Assembly: GCA_051274975.1 (NCBI GenBank)
Contig: JBNMND010000001.1
Coordinates: 1 to 49,705 of the forward strand
Source: Planctomycetota bacterium
GTDB taxonomy: Bacteria; Planctomycetota; UBA1135; UBA2386
Length of the DNA stretch: 49,705 bases
Direction: 5' to 3'
In this document: positions 47,728 to 49,705 of the stretch, one piece after another
How the letters are laid out: each line of letters begins with the position of its first letter
How positions within the stretch are numbered: the first letter of the stretch is position 1
Translations under genes and position numbers: made by a program
Notes under the pieces: generated by a model
Told to the model about the DNA's origin: nothing
Databases searched by the model: none
Seen by the model: the letters and a program-made list of their open reading frames with translations, nothing else

Positions 47728-49705
47728 ATGGATGATTTTCTGAGATGGCTGGCGGAGTGGCGTGGGATCGAAATCGAACCCGGCTCCGAGCTGCAATTTG
47801 AGTTTGCGAACTTCCCGACCGGTGGGTTGGGAATGCTCGTGTTGATGGGCATCGCACTCAGCGTTGTCTTCATTGGGTTCTGCTATCGCCGAGACGGCAA
47901 GAACCTCAGTGGCTTGCAACGCTTCATCCTCGGTTCGCTGCGAGCACTCGCCGTGCTGGCGGTGATCACGTTGCTACTCGAACCGAACTTGGTGACGGTC
48001 AAGCGCGAGACGCGGCCCGGCCACACGATCTTGCTGGTCGACACTTCGCAGTCGATGACGCACGTCGATGCATGGCGTCGCGAAGAGGTGCAACTCACCG
48101 CGACTGGTTGGAAAGAGATTGGCGCGACGGACCCGACCGTGGAAACGCGCTTGGATCTGGTCAAGGCGCTGCTCGCCAAGGACAAGCAAAGCATCGTGCA
48201 GAAGCTTGCCGCCAAGAACCGCGTGCAGCTGTACGGGTTTGATGGCAGTGTCGAAGACCTGCCGGTCATCGCGCAACCACCGAAGCTCGGCCCCGATGGC
48301 GAACCCTTGCCAGCGGATCCGAACGAGCCGCCGCCCGTGCCGGTGCTCGACCTCGAGAAACTCATCGCTGACGGTCGTTCATCCAACCTCGGTGGCGCCT
48401 TGCGCACGGCGCTCGACAAGAGCCGGCCAGCCGAGATTGCCGCAGTGGTATTCGTGACCGATGGTCGCCGAACCGCTGGTCCGCAGGGCGCCGAGATTGC
48501 GCGACTGCTCGAGCAACGCAAGATCCCGCACACCTTCGTGCTCGGCGTTGGCGACCCATCCGAAACGCAGACCGTGCAGCTGACGCGCATGGACGCGCCT
48601 TCGAAGGTCTTCCAACGCGACCCCTACGAGATGAAGGCGACGGTGACGTCGCAGGGCTACGACGGCATCACGGTGACCGCGCGTCTGGTGCGCACCGATG
48701 ACAAGGGTGCTGAGATTGTCGCCGCAACGCAGCAGGTTCCGATCGGCGCGACGCAAGAGGCAACGATCCACTGGAAGGAGCTGACCAGCGACACTTCCGG
48801 CCGCTTCTTGTATCGCACCGAGATCGTGCCGCCGGATGGCGAGCCCATGATTGCCGAACGGCACACCAAGACCGAAGCGGTTGAAGTGCTCGATCGTCGC
48901 TTGCGCATGCTGTTGCTCTCCGGCGCTTCGAGCCACGAGTTCCAGATCCTGCGCAACCTGTTGATTCGCGACAAGACGATCGACGTCTCGTGTTGGTTGC
49001 AGAGTGCCGATGAGAACTTCCCGCAGGAAGGTAACGAAGACGTTCTGATCGATCGCCTGCCGGAAGAACGTATCGAATTCGATCCCTACGACGTCGTCGT
49101 GATGATCGACCCCGATCAAGAACGACTGACGAAGCGTTTTTGCGAGAACCTGGCCAAGCACGTCATGGAAGGCGGCTGTGGTTTCTGGTGGGTCGCCGGT
49201 GAGAAGTACACACTCGACTCACTGCGTCCGACCGCGAACACGCGAGCGATCGCTGACATCCTGCCGATCGTTCCCAACATCGAAACCGCCGAGCGAGAGA
49301 TGATGGGCTTCGGCAAGGCCTTCAAGAACCCGTGGCGCTACAAGCTGACCACCGACGGGCAAGAAGGCTTTGGAGCCAAGGTCATGAAGGTTCATGACGA
49401 CAAGGACACCAGCAAGCTGCTCTGGGAGAGCATGCCGGGCTTCCACTTCTGGTTCCCGGTGACGCGCCTCAAGCCAATTGCGGTCGCGCTTGCCGAACAC
49501 CCGAGCCCGGACTTCCGACGCGGCGGCAAGAACATGCCGATCATCGCGATGCAAAGCATTGGCGCTGGTCGCGTGTTGTTCGTCGGCACCGACGAGACCT
49601 ACCGCTGGCGCTCGATTCACCAAGACGCCTACGACCGCTTCTGGATCAACGGCATTCGTTACTTGTTCGAGGGCCGCTTGCAGGCAGGTAACAGCCGCCT
49701 GCGCA
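47728..49705 (+). CDS. Two-TM + vWA + class-I glutamine-amidotransferase-like domain membrane protein (3' end beyond window)
   Basis: Not in the ORF track because it has no stop. I translated from ATG 47728 to the window end without meeting a stop: MDDFLRWLAEWRGIEIEPGS...GRVLFVGTDETYRWRS...GNSRLR. TM helices GMLVLMGIALSVVFIGFCY and LRALAVLAVITLLLEP. MIDAS-like ILLVDTSQSMT. Confidence 0.75.
   Translation, partial: MDDFLRWLAEWRGIEIEPGSELQFEFANFPTGGLGMLVLMGIALSVVFIGFCYRRDGKNLSGLQRFILGSLRALAVLAVITLLLEPNLVTVKRETRPGHTILLVDTSQSMTHVDAWRREEVQLTATGWKEIGATDPTVETRLDLVKALLAKDKQSIVQKLAAKNRVQLYGFDGSVEDLPVIAQPPKLGPDGEPLPADPNEPPPVPVLDLEKLIADGRSSNLGGALRTALDKSRPAEIAAVVFVTDGRRTAGPQGAEIARLLEQRKIPHTFVLGVGDPSETQTVQLTRMDAPSKVFQRDPYEMKATVTSQGYDGITVTARLVRTDDKGAEIVAATQQVPIGATQEATIHWKELTSDTSGRFLYRTEIVPPDGEPMIAERHTKTEAVEVLDRRLRMLLLSGASSHEFQILRNLLIRDKTIDVSCWLQSADENFPQEGNEDVLIDRLPEERIEFDPYDVVVMIDPDQERLTKRFCENLAKHVMEGGCGFWWVAGEKYTLDSLRPTANTRAIADILPIVPNIETAEREMMGFGKAFKNPWRYKLTTDGQEGFGAKVMKVHDDKDTSKLLWESMPGFHFWFPVTRLKPIAVALAEHPSPDFRRGGKNMPIIAMQSIGAGRVLFVGTDETYRWRSIHQDAYDRFWINGIRYLFEGRLQAGNSRLR

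Overview
This is a 49.7-kb, high-GC (roughly 60% by eye), gene-dense bacterial chromosomal segment with about 40 protein-coding genes. I can support no rRNA, tRNA, CRISPR array, transposase, integrase or phage genes. The gene content suggests a Planctomycetota/PVC-type organism (inference only): alternative complex III, BatA_N/vWA membrane proteins, secreted prenyltransferase-fold proteins, giant HEAT/TPR + beta-propeller proteins and a membrane-anchored cyclophilin. Left to right the window holds: actEDCBA (ACIII, minus strand); an SGNH hydrolase divergent from a carbamoyltransferase-SxtJ pair; a membrane-anchored hypothetical; an HAO-like octahaem cytochrome c translationally coupled to an internally duplicated 8-TM His-rich membrane protein; two tandem DUF5989/SxtK-like mini-proteins; a sigma-70 factor; hemW; two secreted hypotheticals (one Met-rich); an HNH endonuclease; a lipoprotein; a cyclophilin; parB (with an internal perfect parS) and parA; a membrane protein, a metallophosphoesterase and a large PIG-L protein; and a tail-anchored hyper-acidic repeat protein. 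Next comes a co-directional envelope/protease run: MA-like peptidase lipoprotein, Bor-like lipoprotein, dapF, lemA, SDR-like, TPR-like and M48 peptidase. The window ends with a HEAT+propeller gene divergent from a five-gene cluster (TPR/PQQ propeller, two tandem alpha/alpha-toroid paralogues, BatA_N-vWA, TM-vWA-amidotransferase-like), whose last gene is cut by the window end. The best candidates for an undescribed system are: (i) the five-gene envelope cluster at 40.5-49.7 kb; (ii) the octahaem cytochrome plus novel 4+4-TM partner at 12.2-14.2 kb; (iii) the split and duplicated SxtI/J/K-like carbamoyltransferase module. All family assignments come from reading the translations by eye and from memory of family signatures. 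No searches were run. Several start codons were re-placed relative to the ORF track, as noted per feature.
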